Assembly: GCA_964527535.1 (NCBI GenBank)
Contig: CAZGPW010000241.1
Span: 1-55,555, forward strand
Source of the DNA: an uncultured Bacteroidales bacterium
Lineage (GTDB): Bacteria; Bacteroidota; Bacteroidia; Bacteroidales; ML635J-15
Length of the DNA: 55,555 nt
Direction of reading: 5' to 3'
Shown: piece by piece, positions 18,360-28,983 of the stretch
Layout of the letters: every line of letters begins with the position of its first letter
Position numbering within the stretch: the first letter of the stretch is position 1
The notes under the pieces: generated by a model
The model's database searches: none
What the model was told of the DNA's origin: nothing
Seen by the model: only the letters and a program-made list of their open reading frames with translations
Made by a program: the position numbers and the translations under genes

Positions 18360-20117
18360 ATGTACAGAACACACAATTGCGGCGAATTACGCATCGAAAA
18401 CAAAGGACAAAATGTGACACTGAGTGGCTGGGTACAACGTAAACGAGATAAAGGCGGTATGATCTGGATCGACTTGCGTGACCGTTACGGCGTTACCCAA
18501 CTGGCGTTTGATGAGAGCAAAACAGACAAAAAAATCCTTGACACGGCAGAAAAATGCGGACGGGAATATGTGCTAAAAGCCACAGGTATTGTGGTTGAGC
18601 GTTACTCCAAAAACGACAACATGCCTACCGGCGAGATAGAAATATTTCCCGATGAACTGAAGGTTTTATCTGCATCAGCAACACCACCCTTTACCATCGA
18701 AAACGAAAGCGACGGCAGCGATGAGTTGCGCATGAAGTACCGTTACCTTGATATCCGGCGGAATCCCGTAAAAGATGCCCTTATCCTGCGTCATAAAATA
18801 GCACGTGAAACCCGTAAATATCTGGATGAAAGCGGTTTTCTGGAAGTTGAAACGCCGAACCTGATAAAATCCACCCCCGAAGGAGCGCGTGATTTTGTTG
18901 TGCCGTCACGTATGCACCCCGGGACATTTTATGCACTGCCCCAATCGCCGCAAACATTCAAACAGTTACTCATGCTTGGCAGCCTGGATAAATATTTTCA
19001 GCTGGTAAAATGCTACCGCGATGAAGATTTGCGTGCCGACCGCCAGCCTGAATTTACACAGATTGATTGTGAGATGTCTTTTGTGGATAAAGAGGACATC
19101 ATGAAACAGTTTGAAGGGCTTGTGCAGCACCTTTTCAGAACGGTTAAAAACCTGGATATAGAGCTGCCCTTTAAGCGTTTGACCTGGCACGAAGCCATGG
19201 AAAAATATGGCACCGACAAACCTGATCTCCGTTTCGGTATGGAAATACAGGAAATATCGCATCTTGCACAAAACAAAGGGTTTAAAGTGTTTGATACGGT
19301 AGAATATATTGGGGGAATATGTGCCGTCAATTGCGCTTCATACTCACGAAAACAACTGGATGAGCTCACAAAATTTGTCCAGAAGCCCCAGGTGGGTGCT
19401 AAAGGTTTGGTGTATGTAAAATACAATGAAGACGGCAGTTTCAAATCATCGGTTGACAAATTTTTCTCCCCCGAAAACCTGGAAACCTGGGCTGAGGCAA
19501 TGCATGCCAAACCAGGAGACCTTATGCTGATATTGGCCGGAAACAAACAGGAAACACTAGAACAATTATCGGTGTTGCGGCTTGAAATGGGCAGTCGTCT
19601 CAATTTACGCACACCCGGCAGGTATGTTCCATTGTGGGTGGTAGATTTTCCACTGCTCGAATGGGATGAAGAAACCAAGCGGTATCATGCCATGCATCAT
19701 CCGTTTACCTCGGCAAAAGCAGAGGATAGCAAACTTATGGATACAGAACCAGGAAAGGTACGTGCCAACGCTTACGACATGGTCATAAATGGTGTGGAGC
19801 TTGGTGGCGGATCCATCAGGATTCACAATACCGAAGAGCAACAACGCATGTTTAAATTACTCGGTTTTTCAGATGAAGAAGCCCGCGCACAGTTCGGGTT
19901 TTTACTGGATGCTTTTCAATATGGTGTGCCTCCCCATGGCGGCATTGCTTTTGGTTTTGACAGGATTTGTGCCCTTTTTGGCGGTAGCGACAGCATCCGT
20001 GATTACATCGCTTTCCCCAAAAACAACGCCGGACGTGATATCATGATAGATACACCTGCTCCGGTTTCAGATGAGCAACTGAAAGAATTAAAACTGAAAA
20101 TTGTTGATGAGAAATAA
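18360..20117 (+). CDS. aspS: Aspartate--tRNA ligase
   Basis: [11 protein letters not shown]... N-terminus, class II motifs ([44 protein letters not shown]). The track start at 18339 is the TTG of the promoter box. Confidence 0.96.
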   Translation: MYRTHNCGELRIENKGQNVTLSGWVQRKRDKGGMIWIDLRDRYGVTQLAFDESKTDKKILDTAEKCGREYVLKATGIVVERYSKNDNMPTGEIEIFPDELKVLSASATPPFTIENESDGSDELRMKYRYLDIRRNPVKDALILRHKIARETRKYLDESGFLEVETPNLIKSTPEGARDFVVPSRMHPGTFYALPQSPQTFKQLLMLGSLDKYFQLVKCYRDEDLRADRQPEFTQIDCEMSFVDKEDIMKQFEGLVQHLFRTVKNLDIELPFKRLTWHEAMEKYGTDKPDLRFGMEIQEISHLAQNKGFKVFDTVEYIGGICAVNCASYSRKQLDELTKFVQKPQVGAKGLVYVKYNEDGSFKSSVDKFFSPENLETWAEAMHAKPGDLMLILAGNKQETLEQLSVLRLEMGSRLNLRTPGRYVPLWVVDFPLLEWDEETKRYHAMHHPFTSAKAEDSKLMDTEPGKVRANAYDMVINGVELGGGSIRIHNTEEQQRMFKLLGFSDEEARAQFGFLLDAFQYGVPPHGGIAFGFDRICALFGGSDSIRDYIAFPKNNAGRDIMIDTPAPVSDEQLKELKLKIVDEK

Positions 20118-20135
20118 TCCAACTTGCTTATAAAA

Positions 20136-20167
20136 ACAAAAAAGCCGGAAATTTCCGGCTTTTTTTA
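20136..20167. terminator. Bidirectional rho-independent terminator between the convergent aspS and pepE
   Basis: AAAAAA-GCCGGAAATTTCCGGC-TTTTTTT: a perfect GC-rich palindromic stem flanked by an A-tract and a T-tract. Confidence 0.85.
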
Positions 20168-20878
20168 TCATGGTTTTAGCAAAAATGTAAAATCCTGATC
20201 CGTATCCAGTTCCTGGGGCTCTTCTCCGTATTTGAACAACCTCAGCGGATGGATACCGATGAGTTTCATTTTATCGCCTTCGATGAGAAACATACATCCC
20301 TCACGAAGTCCGGCGACCGGCATGTTTTTGTTCAGCACAAGAAACTCATTGATACGGTCTTCACGGCTTTCACCAGCATGTCCCTGGGCTTTTTTATCCA
20401 GGAAATGCGGATTGATCTGGAACGGAATAAGGTTTAGGGCATCAAAGCCATGAGGATCAATGATGGGCATGTCGTTGGTGGTTTTTATGGTGGGACATGT
20501 TACATTTGAACCAGCACTCCATCCTATGTATGGTGTGCCGTTAAGCACTTTTTTGCGTATCGGATCAAGCAAATTGTTATCCCGCATTACCCGTACAAGG
20601 TTCCATGTGTTCCCGCCACCAATAACTATGGCATCAGCATCTTCAACGGCTTTTACCGGGTCCTTAAATTTGTGGATGGCCACCACATCATGACCCACTT
20701 CATTGAAGCGAGTTTTTACCTTGTCTTCATATTCATCCCATGAAAAACTAACGGCAGCGTAAGGAATAAATAAGGCAGTTATTTTTTCTTTTCCCAATGT
20801 TTCTGCGATCTGGTGCTTGGGATAATCCAGATATGCCTCTCCGGCCATGGTTGAGTTACTTATTAATAAACATTTCAT
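20168..20878 (-). CDS. pepE: Dipeptidase E (peptidase S51)
   Basis: MKCLLISNSTMAGEAYLDY N-terminus as in PepE, with the GWSAGS nucleophile motif. An alternative start lies two codons upstream (20884). Confidence 0.88.
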   Translation of the reverse strand: MKCLLISNSTMAGEAYLDYPKHQIAETLGKEKITALFIPYAAVSFSWDEYEDKVKTRFNEVGHDVVAIHKFKDPVKAVEDADAIVIGGGNTWNLVRVMRDNNLLDPIRKKVLNGTPYIGWSAGSNVTCPTIKTTNDMPIIDPHGFDALNLIPFQINPHFLDKKAQGHAGESREDRINEFLVLNKNMPVAGLREGCMFLIEGDKMKLIGIHPLRLFKYGEEPQELDTDQDFTFLLKP

Positions 20879-20969
20879 ACGCAATTAAATTTTTATTATT
20901 TACATTAAAAGTATAAAAATAGACAAATTATTACGTTATTTCAAAATAGAGTCGGATATTTGTTTTGTC

Positions 20970-22535
20970 ATGCGATATTGTTTTTTCTTCATAACAGTAG
21001 TTTTAGTTTTTGCGTCAACATCAGCTATAGCGCAGGAAAAAGACATTGATCCCAATGGGTACAATGTGTTTTATTATCCCGGCGGACAGAAAAGCAGCGA
21101 AGGGTACATGAAAAACGGTCAGCCTGAAGGCGTGTGGATCAACTATTATCCCAACGGGCAAATCCGCTCGAAAGGGAAGCGAACAAACCATGAGCTTGAC
21201 AGCACTTGGGTTTTTTACGATGAAAATGGTAATCTCACAAAAAAGATTCAATACAAAAACGGAAAAAAGCACGGGTATTATAACACTTACAAAACCGTTG
21301 AAAAAAAAGATTCTACGCAAAACATCCTGGTGTCCAAAGAGCTGTATTTTAATGGCAAACTCAATGGTAAATCCTTTTTTTACGATAAAGAAGAGGGATA
21401 CTTAAAATACACATACAATTACGACAAGGAAAAAAAACACGGACTGGGAAAACAATACGATGAATCAGGGAAAGTGATCAATTTATTTGAATATTTTAAT
21501 GGATTTTTGGTAGAAAGCTCAATGGTAAACCGGAAAAACAGCAACGGCGAAAAAGCTGGAAAATGGCTTACATTTTATCCCGCCGGCCAGATCGAAACGG
21601 AAACACATTACATCAATGGCAAAAAGCACGGCAGGTACAGAAAATACGATAAAGCCGGTAACATCATAGAAGAACACCATTACAGGATGGGCAAACGCAT
21701 TGTAGCAGAAAAAGAAGCTGAAAAACTGAAAGCGGAACTCAAACAAACCTATTACAACAACGGAAACATCAAATACGAGGGGGCATTTATTGACAGCATT
21801 CCGGTTGGTATGCATAAATCCTATGATAAAGACGGCAGCCTGGACAAAGCCATGGAATACAACCGTCAGGGAGATCTGGAAGGTGAAGGGGATTTAACAA
21901 AACAAGGCCTGAAAGACAGCGTCTGGACATTTTATTTCCCTACCAAAGAACCGAGGTGCCGCGGGGAATTTAAAAACGGTAAAAGACATGGGATGTGGGA
22001 GTTTTATTTTCGAAATGGTAACACTGAGCAAGTTGGACGATACAAGGAAGGCAAACCACACGGGGAATGGAAATGGTATTACCCGGATGGAAGCTTGATC
22101 AAAATGGAAAATTACCATAACGGAAAACTTGACGGGGAATTGCTTGAATTAAGCCCGGAAGGGGATACAATTCAACATGGCAGCTATGTGGATGGTAAAA
22201 AATCGGGGGAATGGATGTATCATGTCGGTGATCATAAAGAAGTTGGAGGTTATAAAGATGGGTTAAAACACGGCATCTGGAAACATTATTACCGTGGAAA
22301 TACCCTGATATTTGAAGGAGAATACGTGAACGGTGAGCCCGATGGATTGCATCAACACTGGTATGTCAATGGAGAGCCCGAGCTGCGGGGCAAATACATC
22401 ATGGGTAAAAAAGACGGCCTCTGGCAAAAATACCACCGTGACGGCAGTTTGTTTATGGTGTATAAATACGATCACGGTGTGTTGAAAAAAATCAACGGAA
22501 AAAACTGGGAAAAATGGCAAGAACAATTTGAATAA
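20970..22535 (+). CDS. MORN-variant repeat protein (YwqK-family repeats), secreted
   Basis: Signal peptide, then many tandem ~23-aa repeats of the form YxNGxxxGxWxxYYxNGQ / NGKKHG. Confidence 0.8.
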   Translation: MRYCFFFITVVLVFASTSAIAQEKDIDPNGYNVFYYPGGQKSSEGYMKNGQPEGVWINYYPNGQIRSKGKRTNHELDSTWVFYDENGNLTKKIQYKNGKKHGYYNTYKTVEKKDSTQNILVSKELYFNGKLNGKSFFYDKEEGYLKYTYNYDKEKKHGLGKQYDESGKVINLFEYFNGFLVESSMVNRKNSNGEKAGKWLTFYPAGQIETETHYINGKKHGRYRKYDKAGNIIEEHHYRMGKRIVAEKEAEKLKAELKQTYYNNGNIKYEGAFIDSIPVGMHKSYDKDGSLDKAMEYNRQGDLEGEGDLTKQGLKDSVWTFYFPTKEPRCRGEFKNGKRHGMWEFYFRNGNTEQVGRYKEGKPHGEWKWYYPDGSLIKMENYHNGKLDGELLELSPEGDTIQHGSYVDGKKSGEWMYHVGDHKEVGGYKDGLKHGIWKHYYRGNTLIFEGEYVNGEPDGLHQHWYVNGEPELRGKYIMGKKDGLWQKYHRDGSLFMVYKYDHGVLKKINGKNWEKWQEQFE

Positions 22536-23190
22536 ACCCGTCAACATACCCTGCCTCGTTTTATGCCTGTGTTTCTTGATCGTTGGCATCAATTATAATG
22601 CGCTTGCCCAGATTGTTGAAGAGGATATTGGCTCAGCTGTGAGAAAGCCCCCGGATCCGTTCATCCGCTTTGATTCTAAAAACAGTTTTATTTCTAACAA
22701 CGGGGTGAAAATCTGGGGCATTAACCTGGGGTTGAATTACTCGGACACCTTTAAATATGGTATTGGGCTGTATGGTCTTTCTACACCGCTCAAAAGGGAT
22801 TTTTATGAAATCAACAACGGTATCCGCGATACCATACATACCCAATTGAACTATACATACCTGGCATTGTTTGGAGAATACATTTTTTATCAGACAAAAC
22901 GCTGGGAAGGAAGTTTACCCATACAAATCGGGATCGGGGGAAGCAATTTTACAGGAAGTGCAAACGACAGTACTTACGTGTACCATCATAAACTTGTTAT
23001 GCATTATGAAGCCACCCTTACCGGACACTACCGGTTTTTAAGGTATTTTGCCATCGGTGGGGGTATTGGGTACCGGATTATGTTGATTGACAACAAACCC
23101 CTTGATCTTCAGCTCACCAGCCCCATCTACATTTTAAAAATGAAATTTTTCATCGGTGATGTGTATCGTGATGTAAAGTCACTGTTTTGA
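22528..23190 (+). CDS. Hypothetical outer-membrane beta-barrel-like protein
   Basis: Signal peptide ...INYNALAQ, alternating hydrophobic/Gly-Tyr-rich strands, C-terminal Phe. The only workable start is TTG 22528, which overlaps the upstream stop by 8 nt. Confidence 0.6.
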   Translation: MNKPVNIPCLVLCLCFLIVGINYNALAQIVEEDIGSAVRKPPDPFIRFDSKNSFISNNGVKIWGINLGLNYSDTFKYGIGLYGLSTPLKRDFYEINNGIRDTIHTQLNYTYLALFGEYIFYQTKRWEGSLPIQIGIGGSNFTGSANDSTYVYHHKLVMHYEATLTGHYRFLRYFAIGGGIGYRIMLIDNKPLDLQLTSPIYILKMKFFIGDVYRDVKSLF

Positions 23191-23330
23191 TAAATTACCT
23201 TTTATTACCTTAGTTCAAATCATCGCTTGGGGTTTGTTAGTTCGAACAACATCTCTTTCTTCTGTGTAATGCAAACTTTTTTACTTTCCCCGAATTTATC
23301 CTTATCTTTCACCCGAAAAACTTCCACCTT

Positions 23331-23819
23331 ATGGAAAAACCAAAGGTAACCATTTATACCGATGGAGCGGCACGTGGAAATCCGGGGCCTGGCGGGTATG
23401 GAGTGGTTTTGATGAGCGGTAATCGGCGAAAGGAACTGTCGGCCGGATACCGGAAAACCACCAACAACCGCATGGAGCTTCTTGCCGTGATCAAAGCCCT
23501 CGAAGCATTGAAAATTGAAGGCAGCAACGTGGATGTTTATACAGACAGCAAATACGTTTGCGAAGCCGTTGAGGAAGGATGGGTATTTACATGGGAAAAA
23601 AACCAGTTTAAAAAAAAGAAAAACCGCGATTTGTGGCTCAGGTTTCTTGATGTTTACAGAAAACACAAGGTGAAAATTCACTGGGTAAAAGGCCATTCGG
23701 ATGTGAAAGAAAATGAACGTTGTGACAAACTTGCCACCCAGGCATCAAAAGCTAAAACTCTTCTTGTTGATGAAACCTATGAAAATGAACAAAAAGAAGC
23801 TGACAATACATTGTTCTGA
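23331..23819 (+). CDS. rnhA: Ribonuclease HI
   Basis: IYTDGAARGNPGPGGYG, NNRMEL, DSKYV and HWVKGHSD..NERCDKLA catalytic motifs. Confidence 0.95.
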   Translation: MEKPKVTIYTDGAARGNPGPGGYGVVLMSGNRRKELSAGYRKTTNNRMELLAVIKALEALKIEGSNVDVYTDSKYVCEAVEEGWVFTWEKNQFKKKKNRDLWLRFLDVYRKHKVKIHWVKGHSDVKENERCDKLATQASKAKTLLVDETYENEQKEADNTLF

Positions 23820-24246
23820 CTGTCGTTTTATTGCATTTGATATCCACAATGGTAAATTGTTTGACATCGCAAAGAATATCCGTCATAACGTGTTTGTTGA
23901 AGAACAAGGATTTGATGTAAAAGATGAATTTGACGGAAAAGATGCCGGTGCAAAACATGGTTTGTTGTTTCTTCACGATAATCCCGTTGCTGTATGTCGC
24001 TTGCGGGCAACTGAAGATGGAGTCAAGCTGGAACGCATGGCCGTAGTAAAAAAACACAGGCAGTCGGGTGCTGGTAAATGCTTGATGCATAAGTTGATGT
24101 CATATCTTGGTAAAAGCAAAGACAATGCGTACCTTTATGCACAGAAAAACGCTGTGAATTTTTATAAAAAGTTTGGCTTCGTTCCGGTAGGTTCCTTATT
24201 TAAAGATGCCGGAGCTGGCCATTATAAAATGATTTACCGGACATAA
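23785..24246 (+). CDS. GNAT family N-acetyltransferase (YjcF-like)
   Basis: VFVEEQGF..., the acetyl-CoA motif RQSGAGKCLM, and a YKKFGF tail. Candidate ATG starts at 23713, 23770, 23779 and 23785 all lie inside rnhA. Confidence 0.8.
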   Translation: MNKKKLTIHCSDCRFIAFDIHNGKLFDIAKNIRHNVFVEEQGFDVKDEFDGKDAGAKHGLLFLHDNPVAVCRLRATEDGVKLERMAVVKKHRQSGAGKCLMHKLMSYLGKSKDNAYLYAQKNAVNFYKKFGFVPVGSLFKDAGAGHYKMIYRT

Positions 24247-24249
24247 ACC

Positions 24250-25734
24250 ATGGCTGGAGGCATAAAAAAACTGGCAGGACAAACCGCAATTTACGGGCTC
24301 AGCAGTGTGATAGGCCGTTTATTGAACTATTTGCTTGTTCCCTTATATACCAGGGTGTTTCATCCCGGGGAATACGGTGTTGTTACCGAGTTTTATGCCT
24401 ACGTTACTTTTCTTATTATCATTCTAACTTATGGTATGGAAACCGGATTTTTCAGGTTTTCACAACACAAATCAGAATTTGATAAAACCTACTCCACCAG
24501 TCTGGTATCACTGCTTTTTACCTCCTCTCTTTTTGTACTTTTTGTCAATCTTTTTGCACAACCCATAGCACACTTAGTGGAACACCCGGCACACCCCGAA
24601 TGGATACGCTGGTTTGGTTTTATTCTGGCCTTTGATGCTTTTTCGGCCATTCCTTTTGCAAAACTACGTCAGCAAAACAAAGCGTGGCGATTTGCGGTCA
24701 TAAAAATTATCAATATAGGGGTCAATATAGGCTTTAATTTATTTTTTCTGCTTCTGTGTCCGGCGGTGGCAAAAAGCAACCCTGATGCATTGATACTGCA
24801 GTTTTATAATCCCGCCATCGGGGTGGGATATATATTTATTTCAAATCTCTTAGCCAGTTCAATAACCCTGATATTGCTGATTCCTGATATTTTTGATGTT
24901 AAATTCCATTTTGATAAAGCACTGCTGCGAAAAATGTTGTGGTATTCTTTTCCTTTACTCATTGGGGGCCTGGCTGGCATGGTTAATGAAACCATCGACA
25001 GGATTTTGCTTAAATACATGCTGCCGGGAGATCAAAATCATGTGATGTCTGAATTGGGGATATATGGTGCCAATTATAAGTTGTCAATCATGATGACCCT
25101 TTTTATTCAAATGTTCCGGTATGCAGCTGAACCATTTTTCTTTTCGGAGGCGAAATCAAAACATTCAAAAAACCTGTTTGCAGAGGTTATGGTGTATTTT
25201 ATTATTTTTGGATTGGTTATCTTTCTTGGCATTACCGGGTACATTGATGTTGTGAAACATTTTATTGATGAAGACTATCATGCAGGCCTTTCTGTGGTTC
25301 CCGTATTATTGATTGCCAATTTATTCCTCGGTATATATTTTAACTTATCGGTATGGTATAAACTGAGCAATAAAACCAAGTACGGTGCATGGATGGCAAT
25401 TGCAGGGGCCCTTGTTACCCTTGTTCTCAACATCATTCTTATTCCTTACATCAGCTATATGGGATCAGCCATTGCAACGCTTGTTTGTTACGCATCCATG
25501 GTATTAATTTCCTATTACCTGGGGCAAAAGCATTTCCCTGTCCCGTATAACCTGAAAAAAATCGGTTTATATGCGTTAATCGCTGCAGTTATTTATGTGT
25601 TATTTAGCTGGACTAATCAACAAACAGCATGGGTTAAATACCTTACAAATACCTTTTTAATTGCAGGTTTCATTATTTTTGCAATAAAAAATGAACATTT
25701 GTTGCGAAGAGTAAGGCAAAAAGATTCGGTTTGA
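24250..25734 (+). CDS. Polysaccharide biosynthesis / oligosaccharide flippase (MOP superfamily, Wzx-like) membrane protein
   Basis: About 14 predicted TM helices and an N-terminus (KLAGQTAIYGLSSVIGRLLNYLLVPLYT) typical of Bacteroidota flippase-family proteins. Confidence 0.75.
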   Translation: MAGGIKKLAGQTAIYGLSSVIGRLLNYLLVPLYTRVFHPGEYGVVTEFYAYVTFLIIILTYGMETGFFRFSQHKSEFDKTYSTSLVSLLFTSSLFVLFVNLFAQPIAHLVEHPAHPEWIRWFGFILAFDAFSAIPFAKLRQQNKAWRFAVIKIINIGVNIGFNLFFLLLCPAVAKSNPDALILQFYNPAIGVGYIFISNLLASSITLILLIPDIFDVKFHFDKALLRKMLWYSFPLLIGGLAGMVNETIDRILLKYMLPGDQNHVMSELGIYGANYKLSIMMTLFIQMFRYAAEPFFFSEAKSKHSKNLFAEVMVYFIIFGLVIFLGITGYIDVVKHFIDEDYHAGLSVVPVLLIANLFLGIYFNLSVWYKLSNKTKYGAWMAIAGALVTLVLNIILIPYISYMGSAIATLVCYASMVLISYYLGQKHFPVPYNLKKIGLYALIAAVIYVLFSWTNQQTAWVKYLTNTFLIAGFIIFAIKNEHLLRRVRQKDSV

Positions 25735-25779
25735 TTTTCATTTATGCGATAAATATTGTATTTTGTAAACTTTTAATGA

Positions 25780-26220
25780 ATGACGATGAAAGTTAATATT
25801 GTAAACAAATCAAATAATCCCTTGCCGGAGTATAAAACTGTACATGCGGCGGGATTGGATTTGCGGGCTTCGCTGGAAGAACCAATCAGCTTGCAAGCTC
25901 AGGAAAGAGCGCTTGTACCCACCGGTTTGTACATTGAGCTGCCCCCGGGATATGAAGCGCAGATTCGCCCTCGAAGCGGGTTAGCGTTGAAATATGGCGT
26001 AAGTGTGCTCAATACACCAGGTACAATTGATGCGGACTACAGGGGTGAAATAGGTGTTATTCTTGTAAATTTGTCAACAGAAGCCTTTACCGTTGAAAAT
26101 GGCGACCGTATCTGTCAGATGGTTATTGCAAAGCACGAACAGGCGGACTTAAAAGAAGTGGAATTCTTGAACGAAACAAAACGAGGAGCCGGTGGCTTTG
26201 GGCATACCGGAAAAAACTGA
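25780..26220 (+). CDS. dut: dUTP diphosphatase
   Basis: [24 protein letters not shown] and GGFGHTG motifs. Confidence 0.95.
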   Translation: MTMKVNIVNKSNNPLPEYKTVHAAGLDLRASLEEPISLQAQERALVPTGLYIELPPGYEAQIRPRSGLALKYGVSVLNTPGTIDADYRGEIGVILVNLSTEAFTVENGDRICQMVIAKHEQADLKEVEFLNETKRGAGGFGHTGKN

Positions 26221-26224
26221 AGTT

Positions 26225-27232
26225 ATGAAAATAATTATCCCCATGGCCGGCATGGGAAAACGCATGCGGCCACACACATTAAATGTACCAAAACCGTTAA
26301 TCCCGGTGGCTGGTAAGCCGATTGTACAGCATTTGGTTGAAAACATTGCCGATGTTGTGAGCGAAGGCATTGAAGAAATTGCTTTTGTCATTGGGGATTT
26401 TGATGAAGGGATAAAAAACCATTTAAAGGAAATTGCCGGCAGAATAAACGCCATCTCAAGTTTTTATCATCAGAAAGAAGCCCTCGGTACAGCTCATGCG
26501 ATACAATGTGCTGCTGATTCTATGGATGGGAAAATTGTTGTTGCCTTTGCCGACACATTATTCAAGGCTGATTTTAAGCTCAATGACAAGCACGACGCTA
26601 CAATATGGGTACAAAAGGTGCAAAATCCGTCTTCTTTTGGCGTGGTAAAACTGAATGATTCCGGACAAATTACCGATTTTATTGAAAAACCCAAAACATT
26701 CGTTTCCGATTTGGCCATCATTGGTATTTATTACTTTAAAGAAGGAGAAAAACTTCGCAACGCTATTCAATACCTGCTGGATAATAAAATCACAGGCAAT
26801 GGTGAATATCAGCTTACCGATGCATTGGAAAACATGAACAAACAAGGCGTGAAATTTTATCCCGGGGAAGTTATTGAATGGATGGATTGTGGCAATAAAA
26901 ATGCTACCGTTCATACCAATCAACGCATGTTGCATTATTTAAAACACGAAGACCTGATTTCCGACAAGGCTACTTTAACTGATTCTGTAATCATTCCTCC
27001 CTGCTACATTGGAAAAAATGTAAAAATCCAAAAATCCGTAGTAGGCCCTTACGTTTCCATTGGGGAAAATACCCAAATTCATAATTCAAACGTTGAGAAC
27101 AGTATCATTCGTGATGATGCCATCATCGAAAATACCATACTAACCAATTCTATGATTGGAAATTATTCGATAATTAAAAATCATGCCGATGATTTAAACA
27201 TCGGTGATTACACCAAAATTAACAATTCATGA
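26225..27232 (+). CDS. Sugar-phosphate nucleotidyltransferase with a C-terminal LbH domain
   Basis: MKIIIPMAGMGKRMRP (GxGxR NTP-transferase motif), with a C-terminal hexapeptide-repeat region. The track start at 26192 is a GTG inside dut. Confidence 0.8.
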   Translation: MKIIIPMAGMGKRMRPHTLNVPKPLIPVAGKPIVQHLVENIADVVSEGIEEIAFVIGDFDEGIKNHLKEIAGRINAISSFYHQKEALGTAHAIQCAADSMDGKIVVAFADTLFKADFKLNDKHDATIWVQKVQNPSSFGVVKLNDSGQITDFIEKPKTFVSDLAIIGIYYFKEGEKLRNAIQYLLDNKITGNGEYQLTDALENMNKQGVKFYPGEVIEWMDCGNKNATVHTNQRMLHYLKHEDLISDKATLTDSVIIPPCYIGKNVKIQKSVVGPYVSIGENTQIHNSNVENSIIRDDAIIENTILTNSMIGNYSIIKNHADDLNIGDYTKINNS

Positions 27233-28983
27233 TCATGAGAAAATTTACCCGGATATTACCGTTTTTGTTTCTGTTGTCTGTTGTTTCTGTATCTTGTTCG
27301 CTCCTGAAAAAAAGCGACAAGGGCGTTACCGAAACCAAAGTAAAAACAGATGAAGAATTCCATTACGATGCTCACCTGCTGGAAGGACTCAGGTTAAAAA
27401 TGCTTGGAAAATATGAACAAGCTTCCATAGAGTTTGAAAAGGCACGACAATACATTGATGACCAGGCTCCTTTGTATTATGAACTCGCTGAAGTAAATTC
27501 ACAAATGGGGTTTTATGGCACCGCACGTCAACACGCTGAAAAAGCGGTGGAACTTGATGAAGACAATATTTGGTACAACATTCTCCTTGTTCAACTTTAT
27601 CAGAACGCTGGTTTATTTGCAGATGCAAGCGAAGCCATGGAAAGAATCATTGAGCTTAAACCAAACAGGCTTGAATATTATTTTATGCTGTCCTCTTTAT
27701 ATCAATCCATTGGGGAACCCAAAGAAGCCATCAAAACGATGAACGATGCAGAAGACAGGTTTGGTGTTACCGATGTCATTTCAATTGAAAAAGAGCGGTT
27801 GTATAAATCAGTGGATAAACCGGATAAAGCCATTGATGAAATCAAAAAATTATCGGAAGCATACCCCGGAAATCCACAATACAAAGCCCTTCTTGCTGAA
27901 CTGTATATCGACATGGGTGATAAAGAAAAAGCACAGGAAATTTATGATGAGCTCGAAGACACCGAAAATTTAGAAGGAGATATTCTTTTATCTATTTCTC
28001 AATTCTATCAACAAACCGGCGAATATGATAAGGCTTTTGATTACTTGAAACAGGCATTTGCACGTGAAGACATGGATTTGGACATCAAAATTGAAATGCT
28101 GGTTTCCTTGCTTACCACCACAGGAACCTCAGAATTTGAGGTGCAAAAACAAAGGGAGTTGTTTAATACCCTTATTCGTACCCACCCGGCTGAACCAAAG
28201 GCGCTAACCGTATATTCGGATTTTCTTGTAAAAGTGGAAGAATACGATGAAGCTGTGACAGTAATTAAACAAGTGCTTGAAAGCAACAGGGATAAATACC
28301 TGATATGGGAACAGATGCTTTACATACAAAACCAGCTTGGTGATTTTGAAACCATGTATCAATACAGCGATACCATTACTACCCTTTTTCCACATCAGCC
28401 ACTCCCATATTTATATGGTAGCGTAGCAGCTTTTCAGATTAAAAAATTCGACAAAAGCATTGAGTATTGTAAAAAAGGGTTAAAATTGCCTTTTGATAAC
28501 AAGCAAATTAAAATTGAACTGCTCACTTTTCTGGCCGAAGCATACGAAGAAACAAACAAACACGAACTGGCTGACAGCACCTTCGAAGAAGTCCTTGAAA
28601 TTGACCCTGAAAACACATTTGTACTCAACAATTATGCATATTACCTGTCTCAAAGAGATCAAAAACTGGAAAAAGCCAAGATAATGGGAAAAAAACTCAT
28701 CGGGCTTGAACCGGATAATCCCAGTTATCAGGATACTTATGGGTGGATATTATATAAGCTCGGAAATTATGAAGAAGCCCTTATTTATATCAAAAAAGCT
28801 TATAATATGGGTGGAAACAGCAGGCCTGCTATTGTTGAACATTATGGTGATGTGTTGTATAAAAACGACAGGAAAGAAGATGCTGTAATGCTTTGGAATG
28901 CTGCCCTGAACTTATACAAAGAAGAAGAACCACCGAAAGCACTAAAGAAAAAAATTGAAACGGGGAAATTGATTGATGAATAA
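27229..28983 (+). CDS. Tetratricopeptide-repeat lipoprotein
   Basis: Signal peptide with lipobox (VSVSC), then many TPR-like A/Y/L-patterned helical repeats. The ATGA overlaps the upstream stop. Confidence 0.8.
   Translation: MIMRKFTRILPFLFLLSVVSVSCSLLKKSDKGVTETKVKTDEEFHYDAHLLEGLRLKMLGKYEQASIEFEKARQYIDDQAPLYYELAEVNSQMGFYGTARQHAEKAVELDEDNIWYNILLVQLYQNAGLFADASEAMERIIELKPNRLEYYFMLSSLYQSIGEPKEAIKTMNDAEDRFGVTDVISIEKERLYKSVDKPDKAIDEIKKLSEAYPGNPQYKALLAELYIDMGDKEKAQEIYDELEDTENLEGDILLSISQFYQQTGEYDKAFDYLKQAFAREDMDLDIKIEMLVSLLTTTGTSEFEVQKQRELFNTLIRTHPAEPKALTVYSDFLVKVEEYDEAVTVIKQVLESNRDKYLIWEQMLYIQNQLGDFETMYQYSDTITTLFPHQPLPYLYGSVAAFQIKKFDKSIEYCKKGLKLPFDNKQIKIELLTFLAEAYEETNKHELADSTFEEVLEIDPENTFVLNNYAYYLSQRDQKLEKAKIMGKKLIGLEPDNPSYQDTYGWILYKLGNYEEALIYIKKAYNMGGNSRPAIVEHYGDVLYKNDRKEDAVMLWNAALNLYKEEEPPKALKKKIETGKLIDE

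Noticed and set aside
19013-19678. 221-aa minus-strand ORF antisense to aspS
   Set aside because: It is embedded in the highly conserved aspS and has a Ser-rich, compositionally biased product. It is a shadow ORF of a GC-richer coding segment.
20970-22535. Toxin-antitoxin system implied by the YwqK-family label for MORN-variant repeat proteins
   Set aside because: The protein is 521 aa, secreted and purely repetitive, and no toxin-like (for example LXG or nuclease) partner is adjacent. The database name is not evidence of a TA module here.
23220-23696. 158-aa minus-strand ORF overlapping rnhA and its upstream spacer
   Set aside because: The plus-strand RNase HI has all catalytic motifs. The antisense product has no recognisable features.
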